From NCBI RefSeq assembly GCF_004010195.1, contig NC_057753.1:818330-882329 (forward strand): 64,000 bases of DNA, written 5' to 3'. Positions 37,880 through 50,434 of this stretch are shown here, in pieces (position 1 is the stretch's first letter; each line of letters starts with the position of its first letter). A model generated the notes under the pieces. It had not been told where the DNA came from. It was given only the letters and a program-made list of their open reading frames with translations, and made no database searches. Source of the DNA: Chiloscyllium plagiosum (Eukaryota). A program made the position numbers and the translations under genes.

Positions 37880-38190
37880 GAAGAAAGAGAGAGGGAGAGA
37901 AGTAGACAGGAAGTGTGAGAGAGGGATAGAGAATGTAAGAGACGGGGGAGAATGAGAGAGATGAGACAGATAGAGAAGGTGGTAGAACATGAGCGAGAGG
38001 GAGAAAGGCAACAACAAGAAATGGGGAGGCGGTGCAGGAGAGAAAGAGAGAGAAATGAGAAAAGGAGAGAGATCTAAAAAGGAGAAGGGGAGAAAAGATG
38101 GGGTTGAGCCACACGGAGAGAGAAATATATAGAGAAATGAGAGTCAGTAAGCAGGGAAGAGAGTGAGAAAGAGAGAGAGAAAAAGGGGGA
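37880..38190. repeat. GA-rich low-complexity tract
   Basis: Direct inspection. Confidence 0.85.
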
Positions 38191-39401
38191 GGGAGAGAAA
38201 CAGTGAAATGAGATGAGGGCGCAGAAAACGGGTTTCATAAATTTGGAATTCAGTCAGAGTTTCTGAAAAACCTCTCAAGCGTCTACGCACTGGAAATGAA
38301 AAGCAGCAAACATACGTGAGCAAAATTATTTCTAATTTTGCTTTCAAGTTCTATTGTGCCTTGCAATAAATAATCTCTGGTCCTTCTTTTGCTGATCTGC
38401 AATCCTTGAACGACGGATGTTGCTGATTGAAATTTTCGTAGTACATTCACCAGATGCTGGTTCAAGATGAAATAGTCTCCCTTAATTAGACAATAGACAA
38501 TAGGTGCAGGAGTAGGCCATTCAGCCCTTCGAGCCTGCACCGCCATTCAATATAATCATGGCTGATCATTCATAATCAGTATCCTGTTCCTGCCTTATCT
38601 CCATAACCTTTGATTCCACTATCTTTGAGAGCTCTATCCAACTCCTTCTGAAATGAATCCAGAGAGTGGGCCTCCACTGCCCCCTGTGGCAGAGCATTCC
38701 ACGCAGCCACCACTCTCTGGGTGAAGAAGTTTCTCCTCATCTCTGTCCTAAATGGTCTACCCTGTATTTTTAAGCTGTGTCCTCTGGTTCGGCACTCACC
38801 CATTAGTGGAAATATGTTTCCTACTGCCAGAGTGTGCAATCCTTTAATAATCTTATACGTCTCATTCAGATCCCCTCTCAATCTTCGAAACTCAAGGGTA
38901 TACAAGCCCAGTCGCTTCAGTCTTTCAGTGTAAGGTAATCCTGCCATTCCAGGAATTGACCTCGTGAACCTACGCTGCACTCCCTCAATAGCCAGAATGT
39001 CTTTTCTCAAATTTGGAGACCAGAACTGCACACAGTATACAGGTGTGGTCTCACCACTGCCCTGTACAGCTGCAGAAGCACCTCTTTGCTTCGATACTGG
39101 GAGAGAAACAGTGAAATGAGATGAGGGCGCAGAAAAAGGCGTTTCATAAATTTGGAATTCGGTCAGAGTTTCTGAAAAACCTCTCAAGCGTCTGCGCACA
39201 GGAAATGAAAAGCAGCAAACATACGTGAGCACAATTATTTCTAATTTTGCTTTCAAGTTCTCGACTATTGTGCCTTGCAATAAATAATCTCTGGTCCTTC
39301 TTTTGCTGATCAGCAATCCTTGAACGTCGGATGTTGCTGAATGAAATTGTCGTAGTACATTCACCAGATGCTGGTTCAAGATGAAATAGTCTCCCTTAAT
39401 T
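38191..39401. repeat. ~300-bp direct duplication (38191-38487 and 39099-39401) flanking a LINE insertion
   Basis: Both copies run gggagagaaacagtgaaatgag ... atagtctcccttaatt with scattered substitutions and a 5-bp indel. Confidence 0.97.
38488..39098 (-). mobile_element. Young 5'-truncated CR1/L2-group LINE
   Basis: YCVQFWSPNLRKDILAIEGVQRRFTR..FFTQRVVAAWNALP; (ctattgt)n tail at 38488. Confidence 0.95.
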
Positions 39402-39685
39402 GTTCCATTAAAGATGTCGAGGATGAATGATAGTCTCTCGATCAAAGTAGCTAAAGTGAAGAATTTAGATGCTGTGGAGTCAGATCGAAAAGTGTGGCGC
39501 TGGAAAAGCATAGCAGGTCAGGCAGACGTCAAAGAGCAGAGAATCGAAATTTTGGGTAAAAGATCTTCATTGGGACTATCAAGGCCACACCCTTACAAAT
39601 TAAATCCTTCACTGCATTATTTGATCAAATACAAACGCCCACTTTATGTTTTGTGGACAATGCCTGTTTGCCGAACTATTTTCCC
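39234..39685 (-). pseudogene. VH-like relic with degenerate 23-bp-spacer RSS, interrupted by a Penelope fragment (~39455-39575)
   Basis: tttcag acceptor; GFNL*GCGL; HPRHL*W (~PGQGLEW); FSNIRRSRIADQQKKD..AR (~SNNIFALDM..LK.ED..AR), then CACAATA-23 nt-AGAAATAAT. Confidence 0.38.
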
Positions 39686-40397
39686 CTGAAACGAACGACA
39701 ATGTTGAGAATACGTGGCAGCTTCTGTTGCGAGTGAAGGAGCTCAAGTTTAAGATTTTCATAGTTGTTAGAGTTAACATGATACAAAATGATAGTAAATG
39801 TCTCTCACACAATCACATTTAAGCATTTTTCAAATTTCATTTATTAATATTAACTCACAAGGTTGGCACCCCGGTCAGTTTTGCGCAGAATCCGAAATCT
39901 TGGAAGTTCACATTCAGTTCGGAACAGATCACAGTTTGATACGAATCTCGGATTGGAAACCCTATTCCAGAATTTCCCATTTTGCAGTCGCAAAGGAACA
40001 AACACAGAGAATACTGGAGAAAGTCAACAGGTTTGGCACATCTTATAGTTCTGCAGAAGGGTCATACTGGATTTGAAAAGTTATCTCTCCTTCTGTCTCC
40101 TCAGATTCTGTCAGTTAACATTTCCAGTCTGGTAATCTTTGATCGATGATAAACTTGGTCGTTTTAATGCTACAAGCTGATACTGCATGAATGAGATTTC
40201 AACTGAGCATCTGTAACTGGGAACATTACCAATTGGAAGTTCTCCTCCGAACCACTCACCATTCGTCTTGGAAATGTATTTCTATTTCTTCAGTATTACA
40301 GAACCAATATCCTGGAGTTCTCTCCCTAATTTAATGTCTTCCGTCAACACATTGACTGCATGGTTCAAGATGGTAGCTCATCACACCCCCTCTCCAT

Positions 40398-40893
40398 TGT
40401 CGACCGGAAAAGACGTCCTGAAAATATTTTAACAAGTTATCCCAGACCTTAGCTTTTTATTTTAAAGGCAGATGTGAAGTGATTATTCCAGGTGTGATGC
40501 TGATGTTCACACCACTTGGCTTAAAACAAATCAAAATTTACTTTAATACTATAGTTGAAACACAAACAAAAGAAAACAGAATTTAGAATAACTCAAACTT
40601 TGGAAATCTGAGCCAATACAACTTAAATAAGGAATTGCTCCAATCAAGCAGCATCCCATGGACACACCCGTTGGCAAATGGGAAATTCAAACACAGATTC
40701 TTACCAGTCGGAGTGAACAACTATCTGTTACTGTAAAACCAAAGTTGAAGAAACCTTGAACTGGGAGAACTGCTAACTCCCTTGCCACTGTTAAAGTAGA
40801 CTTTTCCGAGACATTTTTGCACCCCAGTCTTTTCGAAATCTTTCAAAAAACAAACAAGGAAAAAATAACCTTTTTAAAGAGTCAACATTGTCA
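40398..40893. mobile_element. Possible degenerate solo LTR related to 53822-54470
   Basis: Starts tgtcg and ends cattgtca; organisation similar (ccagacc near the start, aaacaaaagaa, cctttttaaa near the end); no clear TSD. Confidence 0.4.
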
Positions 40894-42635
40894 AAGCTCC
40901 ACCATGTTAAGGAGCAACAGGATGGGCGCTAAGCATCGGATCCAGACAGCTATGCCCACATTCCATGTATTGAAGTGCTCCCCCCAGTATCTTAACCACA
41001 TGAGCACTGTCAAAATCAGCAATAAAATTTGAGCTAAACAGTAAATACTGCACTCTCCAACTTCTTCCCTCTGAAAAAAAGACCAGTCACTGCAACTGCA
41101 ATTTGGTTGTAAATTAATGCATGCCTTGCTGCCGATGTCCCTAGCCTATGAATGATTGAAAAAAAAGTCAGGAATTTGCTTCCAGTGAAAGCTTTTCATG
41201 AAGACAAAAAATCCATTTTCCATGGACTGTGCAACTTGTAGATAGGTTCATGAGTGCAAGGGATGAGGGGCAGGTTTTTCCAACTACCCAAAAGACAATA
41301 AAGACAATTAATTTTAAGATTTGCAAACTGGTGCTCAACCACTGAATGTGTTAACGCATTGTTTTCCCCAAAGAGCAGTGAAGGCTGGGCCATAGCATTT
41401 TTTTTTGCATTTAAGATGAAATCATGGTTTCTGAGAGCAGTCTGCAACTGGAGTTTGTCTGGAATCAAATGAGCTGTCATCTTATATCATGGCAGAACAG
41501 GTTAAAAGGACCAAGCAGCCTACCGCAGCTCCTATGTCTTATTGCCTTACTTGAGATTAAGCAAATTAAGTCAGTTTGCTGGTAAGGTTTACAGGCATGG
41601 TGATGAAGGTATTACTGTTGATTATGTGTAGAAGGCCAAAGTGCAAGAATCACTGACGAAGCTTCTACACATAATTGAAGTTCACAAAATTAAATATGCA
41701 GCACGGAATTGTTGCAAAATCCCTAAGAAGATACGAAGGAGAAGGTTGTGTTGACTAGTGGTTCATTTTTAAAAAAAGGATGGTGTAGAAAAGTTTCTTT
41801 TTCACTTAGCACCCAGGGTTCTTGCTCAATTTGATATAAATGCGCTGGTTTGGCTGTATCAGTAGACGGTGCAGTTTACAGACAGGCCCAGTCATTGTCT
41901 CATTTTCGTCTGTCAGCTGGAAGGATTAAAACGAGCAAGTATTCATATCATTCATTCAAGATTCAGCAAGAGACACGAAGCAAGCAAGCATTGTATTCTC
42001 CATCAGGAGCTGAGATGGTGTCGATGATCCGCTGCAGTCTCTGATATTGCAAATATATCCACAGTGCTCTTGAGAAGGTCAGTCAAAGACTGTACCCTTC
42101 AGAATGAGCAATACTGCAGGAGCTGCGATAGAACTCCAAGTCAAACCGATGAGAGGCTTGGAAATAACTTGAATATAGAGGCGTTCACATGCATCTGCTG
42201 TCCCCATCCTTCTCAATAGTAAAGGTTATTTGTAAATCGTATAGTTGTAACATGCCTTAATGAGAACAAAGGACACATCATATCACAGTAAGTCAGGGGT
42301 TTGGTTACATCGGTTGGCTGAGCGTTTCGTTTCTGATGCAGAGGACAATAGTGTGGGTTCAATTCCCTTGGTAACTTTGCATTTACTGTCAGGGAGGATG
42401 CAATCGAGAATCTGGTGGTCTGAACGAACAAAAAAGAAGACTGAAAGGAAAGACATTTGACATAGAAAAGTTGCACAACCAAGACAGTATGCATGCTATT
42501 CCAGAACAAGGGACGTGAGGTGAGGTTTATGGAAATTCTGACCACAGTGTTCTCATTCTAAGGTTTTGAAGGAGCTTATAGCAGTGTTGGAGGATTGCAA
42601 ATGTGAGCCTCTTATTTAGGATCGTGGAGGGGGAG

Positions 42636-42900
42636 TGCAGCAAACACTCAAATTGCAGTAACATCAACTGGAAGTGTGGTCACGTGCAACGTAAGAACAC
42701 TTGTGCAGAGTATAGTTAAAAAGCAATATTTGTTGTTGACTTGACAATGGCCGGCATCTGAATTTCCAACGGCATTTGACATTTTACAAGGACTGGAACT
42801 CGCAAAATGGTTGGAATATACCATTCGCAATAAAGTGCATTGTGATATCATAACCCTAAATTTAACTCCATTGTTTTATAAATACTAGATTTATTTTGTC
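42636..42900 (-). pseudogene. V-domain exon relic (VH/TCR gamma-delta-like)
   Basis: tttaacag acceptor; GYDITMHFIA-WYIPTILRVPVLV; FR3 SVLTLHVTTLPVDVTAI*VFAA (~L.IT.L.VEDTAIYYCAA; V from D and F from C are single changes); Trp to Cys position ~60 codons. Confidence 0.5.
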
Positions 42901-42929
42901 CTGTTAAAAACACTGAGGATACCAATCAT

Positions 42930-45430
42930 TCAGAATCATGCATTCATAGAGTCATGCAACATGGAAACTGACCCTTCAGCTCAACTGTTACATGCCAACA
43001 CGTTTTCATAAACTGAACTAGTTCAATTTTCCCGTATTCAGCCCATATCTCTACAAACCTTTGCTATCGGAGCATCTGCCAAATTCCGTTTACATGTTGG
43101 AACTGTATCTGCATCTACGACTTTCTCTGGCAGCTCATTCTGTCGATGCATCACCCTCTGTGTGGAGAAGCTGCCCCTCAGGTCACTTTTAAATCATTTT
43201 CCTCTCACCCTAAACTTCTGCCCTCTAGTTTTGGATTGCCATGCAGTTGGGAAAAAGACCTTGGCTGTTCACCCTTTAAATGCCACTCATGATTTTATGA
43301 TATGGTGGTACCAGTGTTGTACTTGGGTGGACAAGTTCAGATGTCATACGACACCAAGTTACAGTCAACGGGGTTATTTGAAATCACAAGTTCTTCAATG
43401 CGCTGCCCTTTCATCACGTGCAGTGAATGCTTCTGATTCCAAATAGACCTCCTCAACTAAAACTGGGCGTCATATGACTTTTGACCATGAATTTATAAAG
43501 CTTTTATGAGGTCACCCTTCAGCCTCATACGATCATGGGAATAATAGTTCGAGCTTATCAAGCCTCTCTGCGTAACTCAAACCTTCCTGCCTCGGGTACA
43601 TACTAAGAAATCTTTTTTGCACTCCTAATATTTTAACGATATCTTTCCTCTCAGCCGACCGGAATTGTATGCAGTACTTCAAATAGGGTCTCAACAGTTA
43701 TGTATACATCCATAGCATGACATCACAAACTCCTGTAAGCATTGCTCTGACAGTTGAAGGCAGGTGTGACAACCGGCCTTCTTCACCAACCAGTCTACAT
43801 GTTACACCACTTTCAAAGAACTATGCATCTACGCCAATATGTGTCTCTGTTTGTCAACATTCCCTTGGTACTTCCATTAATTCCTGCTCTGTTTTGTCTC
43901 AAGAAAATGCAACAGTTCGCATTCAAGTAATTTAAATTCCATCTGCCATTCGTCGTCACTTGGGCCCAGTTCTCCTCGGAGGGAACCTTCTTGACTATGC
44001 ATTATATTGCCAGTTTCGGAATTGTTCGCAAACTTATGAACAATGTCTCTGATTTTCTCAACTAAAACGTTTACTTAAATGACAAATACCAGTGAAACAA
44101 ACACCAATACTCGAGGCACACCACTGGTCACAGTCTCCAGTCTGAACCACAACCTCTATCACCACCCGCTGTCTCCTAGCATAAAGCCAATACTCTCCAA
44201 TTCGCTAGCTCTCCCTGCATCCCATTGTTTCTCGTGGTATTATCCAGTCTACTATGCGGAACCTTGTTAAAGGCCTTGCCAATGTCAATGCGCACAATAT
44301 CTGTCATTCTGTCTTCATCTACCGTCTTGGTCACCCCTCCAAAGATCTCACTCAAATTAGTGAGACACGATTTCATACGTGCAAAGTCATACTGAGTGTC
44401 CCTCATCAATCGTTGCCTTTCCAAATGCAGGTGGATCTTTTCTCTCAGAATCCCCTCTAACAAGATATCCCTCACTGAAGTCAGGCTTACTGTTGTATAG
44501 CTCCCTGACTTTTCCTTACAGTCTCCCTCGAATAATGGTGCAACACTTGAACCGTTTATTCTTTTAGGTGTTCACCCGTGGTTGTCGACGTCACAGATAT
44601 GCCTGCTCGAGGCTGCAATTTCATTCATCGGGAACCACAATATACCTTAGCATGTCCCAGGGATTCATCCACTTTTGCACTGTAAGGCCTTCAGTATTGC
44701 CTCGTCAGTGATGTGGACTCTTCTCAAGAGATCACTTTTGATTTCGCTGAGTTACCTCTTCCATGTCTTTTTGCATTCTGACACAAAATATTCGTTTGGG
44801 ATCTCACTCATCTCCTGTTTTTCACACGTATATGTGGTCCCTTCTTTTAGATTCTCTATTCTCTCCTTAGTTACTCTTTCGCCCTTAATATACATATGCA
44901 ATCTCCTTGGATTATCCTTAATCTAAACTGCCAAAACTATCTCCAGTCCCCTTTATGCCGTACTGAATCTCCTCTTAAGTATGCCCCTACACCCCATTTC
45001 TCTCAAAGGATTCACTGATCTCAGTTGTCCATACTTTGAAAAATGCTTCTTCCTTTTTCTTGACCAGAGCGTAAACGTCTCTCTTCAGTCAATGTTCCCT
45101 GCTCCTGTCAGCTGTCCGCTTCATTCTCACAAGAACACTGAACTCTCGTTAAGTCACTTTTGAATGCTTCTAATTTCCCAGACGTCCTTTTGCATCTTTG
45201 AAAAGTTTCTGCGTAATCACATCAAAATTGGCCTTGCCCTGATTTAGAATTAACCTTGTCTATCAGTTTTATTCTTTTCCAATTGCAATTTAAGACGAAC
45301 AGAATTATAGTTACGGGTTCAAAAGTGCTCCTCCGCAAACATGTCATCGCTTGCCTGACTTACTTCCCAAGAAGTGATCGACCTTTGCATCCTCTCTACA
45401 TCCATCTACATCTTGATTGAGACAACATTC
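42930..45430 (-). mobile_element. CR1 LINE (linker + RT + 3' end), old, with a nested palindromic Penelope-derived piece (~43310-43490)
   Basis: LEGILREKIHLHLE..KSCLTNL..DIGKAFNKVPHSRL; tail at 42930. Confidence 0.88.
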
Positions 45431-45921
45431 TCCCTTGGAAAGCAAGCGTTGCTGCACCCATATCAGTGACATGAGAGGAAGAATAATAATCCATATTAAT
45501 CACCCCATTGACACATTTGTGGTTGAAAAGAATCATAGAACCATACAACACAGCAATTGACTAATCTGCCAATTGTACATGCGTACTGGCTATCTTGGAA
45601 GAGATATCGAACTTTTCGCACTTTACATCGCTTTCAGCGCAATTATTTTATTTACAAACTGCTCATTCTGCTGCTTTTTCAATGTCATTGGTGCATCTGT
45701 TGTCAATAATTTTAGGCAAATATCGATCAGGTCCAAACAACTTGCTATCTAAATCCAGAGCTAATCGGTTTCTTGTTGTCTCTTGTTTAAAGCAATTATC
45801 ATAAATTCATGCTTAGCTAGTGATAGCATAGACAGTGAAAATGCTTTATCCTCGTAAACAACCTATAATGTTGAAGCAATCAATTAAATATTCTCTGCAA
45901 GTACAAAAGTAAGATTATAGA

Positions 45922-46595
45922 AAATGGAGCTTCAGATAGATAGGATAGTGAAGAAGGTGTTTGATATGGTTGCCTTTATTGGTCATTCCATTGTGTACGG
46001 CGTTGAGAAGTCATGTTGTGGCGGTACAGAACATTGGCTAATCCAGTTCTGGAGGACTATCCACAATTCTGGTCTCACTGCTGTAGGAAGGATGTCGCGA
46101 AACCTGAAAGTATTCACCAAAGATGTTCAAGGTTTTTGATACAATTGGAGAATTGGAGCAGTCGGGAGAGTCTGAATAAGCTGGGGCTATTTTCCTTGGA
46201 ACATTAGAGGCTGACGGCTGAACTTATATAAGGTTTAAAAAGTCATGACGGGTATGGACAGGGTAAATAGACAAGGTATTTTCCGAGTTAGGGAAGTCCA
46301 AAAGTAGAGGACATAACTTTAAGGTCAGAAGGAAAGGATTTGAAAGGAACAAATGTGGAAACATTTTCACTTAGAGAGTGGTGCATATATGGAATGAACT
46401 GCCAAAGGAAGTGATGGAGACTGGCACAATTCCAACATTTAAAGAGCATCTGTATGGGTATATGAATTGGAAGCGTTAGAGGGATATGGGCATAATGTTC
46501 GCAAATAGCACTAGATCCATCTAGGATATCCAGTCAGCATGGACAAGTTGGGCTGAAGGGTCAGTTCCTATGCTGTACATGTCTGTGCCTCCATA
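45922..46595 (+). mobile_element. CR1 3' fragment
   Basis: QIDRIVKKVFDMVAFI, LWRYRTL.NPVLEDYPQFWS. Confidence 0.9.
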
Positions 46596-46599
46596 AATC

Positions 46600-47408
46600 A
46601 AAGAACAAATAACAAAGAAAATTTACAGCCCAGGAGCAGGCCCTTCAGCCCTTCAAGCCTGAGCCGATCCAAATGTACAGTCTAAACCTGTCGGTCAATT
46701 CCTAAGCATCTGTATCCCTCTGCTCCCCACCTACTCATGCATTTATCCACACACAACTTAAATGAAACATCCATGTCTGCCTCTAGCACCTCTGCTGGCA
46801 ATGCGTTCCAACGCCCACCACCCTCTGTCGGAAGGACTTGTCGCATGTATCTCCCTTATACTTTCCACCTCTCACCTTGAAAACGTGACCTCTTGTTATT
46901 GAATCCTTCAACCCTGGGGGAAAAAAAACTTGTCTCTATCCACATTGTCTATACCCTTCATGATTTTATAAACCTTAATCAGCTCCCCCCTCAATCTCCT
47001 TTTTTGTAATGAAAATAAACCTAACTTACTCAACATTTATTCATAGCTAGAACCTTCCATACCAGGCAACCTTTGTAATCATTCTCTGCACCCTCTCCAA
47101 AGCGTCCATATCCTTTTGGTAATGTGGCGACTAGAACTGTACACAGTATTCTAAATACGGTCAAACCAGTGACTTGTACAATGTTAACATGACTTGCCAG
47201 CTCTTATACTCAATACCCCGTCCAATGAAGGCAAGTATACTATATGCTTTCTTTACCACTCGATCCACCTGTGCAGCAACCTTCAGGGAACAATGGACCT
47301 GCACTCCCAGATCACTCTGCCTCTTAACTTTTCCCAAGGCTCTTCCGTTCATTGCATAATTCGTTCTAGAATTAGTCTTGTCTAAATGCATCACCTCGCA
47401 TTTGTTAG
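46600..47408 (-). mobile_element. CR1 3' fragment, moderately young
   Basis: KCEVMHL..DLGVQVHCSLKVAAQVDRVVKKAY; (ttctttg)n tail. Confidence 0.93.
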
Positions 47409-47657
47409 GAATATTGTACCACGTAGTAATGTATTTTCGACCCTTATCCATATTTACAATCCTTCATAACTGTGACAATTTCAATAAAGGTGACCATATC
47501 AGTGGCACAAGTCTTAATAATAAAGGCTGTGCACTGACACAAAACAGATGTCAGATTGATTCAGTGATATTTGAAGAATGACCACGTCTTCATGATGTAT
47601 TTTTCTCAGTTCCCCTTTTAACCACATCAAAGGTATTGAATGTTTTAGTTAGAGCAT
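47409..47657 (-). pseudogene. Leader + 5' half of TCR alpha/delta-like V segment
   Basis: ATG at 47657, 43-nt leader ML*LKHSIPLMWLK-V, 81-nt intron (donor gg instead of gt), VHS, then EIVTVMKDCKYG*GSKIHYY-WY (~E..TVTLDCTY......YYLFWY); cut by CR1; octamer-like ATTTGCAA ~70 bp upstream. Confidence 0.45.
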
Positions 47658-47909
47658 TTAAAAGTCTCCTGTCCCTTCTCAGATTTGTTTCTGAAACCTC
47701 GAGGTTCATGTTCTTCGAAATTCATTTGCAAAATATTCACAAAAGGAACAAAAATACTTTTCTTTATGTTACAGAGCAATGTTTGTATATTTTCATGAGT
47801 TCGCTCTCGTTAACTACACACATTCTTCCGAAATGATGTCAATAAGTTGCATATTTTCACATCTTCTCTTCACCGTTTACCTCCTTCAACAGCCTTCACA
47901 ATGTGAAAC

Positions 47910-48470
47910 CTGGGGCAGAAGTAGGCAACTCAGCCTATTGAATCTGTTCCGCTATTCAGTGAGTTCCTGCCTGATCTGATAAACATGGACTTCAATGATC
48001 TGACTTCTCCTTTTACCTATTGTAACCTTTACTGAGTAAAAATCTATCCGTCAATTTCTTGAGTATGTTAAATAACCCAGCATCGATGGCCCGATGGTAA
48101 TGAATTCGACAGATTCGCAATCTTCTAGTGGAACAGATACCTGTCCACATCTACATTAAATAGGTAAATCCTTCCACTGATTTTGTCCCATGGTCCTAGA
48201 CACTCCCCCAAGGAAACAACCTCTCCAAATCTCCAGCGGATTACAATTGGTTTGATAAGATCGCCTCTCATTCTTCTCAACTACCATAGGGCCAAGCCCA
48301 ATCGTTTTATTAAGTTTATTTGAAAACAAACGTTCATATCTGAAATCAGCCCAATGAAGCTTCTCTGGACTCTATCCAATGTCAAAACACCCTTCGATAG
48401 ATAACGGGACCAAAAGCTGTTCACAATTTTCCAGCCATTATTTGATTATTGCTTTCTATAGTTTTAGAAG
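47910..48470 (-). mobile_element. CR1/L2-group 3' fragment, old
   Basis: gaagtaggc..tcagcc 3'UTR, gatcgcctctcattcttct. Confidence 0.7.
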
Positions 48471-48759
48471 ACCTCTTTCCACAGCTCATAAGGAAGATTA
48501 CCAAATATGTGAATTAATTCGCAGCTGTTGATACTTTTAAAGTGAGACAGGTTTTGACCCCAATTTACATAATAACCTACTTATGGAAAGAAGAATTGAC
48601 AAGTTAGTCATTCACACTCCTTACTTAAAAATAACGACTAACTAATTATAATGTATGCCGTCATCATTTCAGCCGAATTCCAGATAATGTGCGAGTGGTT
48701 GTTCTTTATACTAATGTAGCAAATTGATCAAATGGGGAGTCAATGATCTCGACCAAAAC

Positions 48760-49600
48760 TGGCGTCACTGAGAATCACGTGAAAAATCCATGTTGTCTCG
48801 CGGCATTCCTGTCCAATGGAAGATGTTTGGAGTTGTTGGAGATCAGTAATCTCAGCGCCAGAACATCTCTGCTGAAGATCTTCGGGGAATGATCTTGGCT
48901 GAGCTATCGTTATCCGTTTCATCAATGACCTCCCTATACCATAATGTCAGGAGCAGGGATACTCACTGATGATTGCACAACGTTGAGCACCATTCATGAC
49001 TCTTCAAATACTGAAGCAGTCCATGTCTAAATGTACCACAATCTGGATCCATAGCACGTTTTCGACTGACAATTGTCAGCGAAAATCCCTGCCACTCTAA
49101 TACCAGACATTGATTATCACCAATAACATTACCCGAAGATATTAATTTGTATTAACTTTACAGGATCACCCAGTGTCGACAACCTGATTGTCACCATTGA
49201 CCAGAACCTGAACTGCTCTAGTCATATAAGTACAGTCGCATCAAGAAGTGGTCAGAGGCCAGCAATCTGATTCACTAACTATAGGATGGTGCGTTGCCTC
49301 CTGGAAGGGAATGATATTATGATGTGGCTGCGGAATTCCTTCTCGGCAGGATGGCACTAAAAGATGACACTGTCTGCATTGGTGCCAACAACATTGGCAG
49401 AAAAAATAATGGGGTCCTCAGTACAGACTTCAACGACTTAAGAATGAAATTGAAAGACAGATTCTCAAAGGCAGTAATCTTAGGATTTCTCTCTGTCACG
49501 TACCAGTGCGTATAAGAAAAGAAGGTTTGATTGTATTAAAATGTCTTTGAAGAGCAGGTGTCAGAAAAGGCGTATTGGGTTTCTGAGGATTTAGAATCAA
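48760..49600 (+). mobile_element. Old CR1/L2 RT and ORF1-esterase fragments
   Basis: ttcatcaatgacctccc (FINDLP), ctgatgattgcac; VCIGANNIGRK..VILGFL. Confidence 0.65.
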
Positions 49601-50269
49601 TTCTGCAGCAGGTTGTGTCGGTGATATCTGAACGTACTACATCTTCACTGGTCAGTCTTCTCAGATGCTGGAGATCAGGGTCGAGCAGAGTGGTGCTGGA
49701 GAAGCCCAGCCAGTCCAGAAGCATCAGAGGAGCAGGAGGGTCCTGATCTCTTAGTCAGATGAAGAGCTCATGCTCAAAACATAGACAATCTGTCGATAAT
49801 GTTTGCATCTCTGAAGTACAGGCAACTATTGAGAATATGTATGTTATCATTGAAACCTCGCAAAACATTGTCAAGCTTCGAAAATGCAGAATACTAATCA
49901 ATTTCTGCACTATGAACTTCGATCATCCATCTGTGAGGTTTTGATAAATTGTAACATGTATCTGTATAATGCAGATTATTGTGTTGATTAATATTTTAAT
50001 TTAAATTCAATGTTGTACCGTGCCATTTATTGCTAATACTTATAGGAATTTGTCAAGATTAATTTTGATTGCCATAAATCTCCTAAAGCTGATGCGTGTA
50101 CACTTACACAATAAGTGAATGATCTTGATTTTGATTGAACTCCGAAGCACCTCGCTGAGTTCTTTTTTTTTCAAAGTGTGTTTTATAGGAAAACATAGCA
50201 GAACTGAGATGTCTATCAAGCAGGTTTCTAACCCATCTCTTAATTTACTTGATGTCAACGTTCCATTGC

Positions 50270-50426
50270 TTTGAGAGCAATATCTGGCTGAGTCACTGAG
50301 ATGAAGTCTGAAATAGTGGAATCTGGTGCAACTAGAGTTCGTGGGACTATCTGTAACTGATAACTGGCAACCAGATTTCAATTGACTTAAAATGAACTTA
50401 GTACGAGGGACAGAATATAAAACAAT
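50270..50426 (-). pseudogene. 3' half of TCR alpha/delta-like V segment
   Basis: LYSVPRTKFIL (FR2-like) ... FH/TISD/LHLSDSARY/ALK (~LTISDLQLSDSAVYYCALK; tattgctctc equals TATTACTGTGCTCTC minus 5 nt); 5' half replaced by a LINE. Confidence 0.55.
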
Positions 50427-50434
50427 TTTGTGGC

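Noticed and set aside
38576..39511. Longest ORF (311 aa, minus strand)
   Set aside because: Chance chimera of a Penelope end, duplicated flank and LINE RT C-terminus; not a coherent gene
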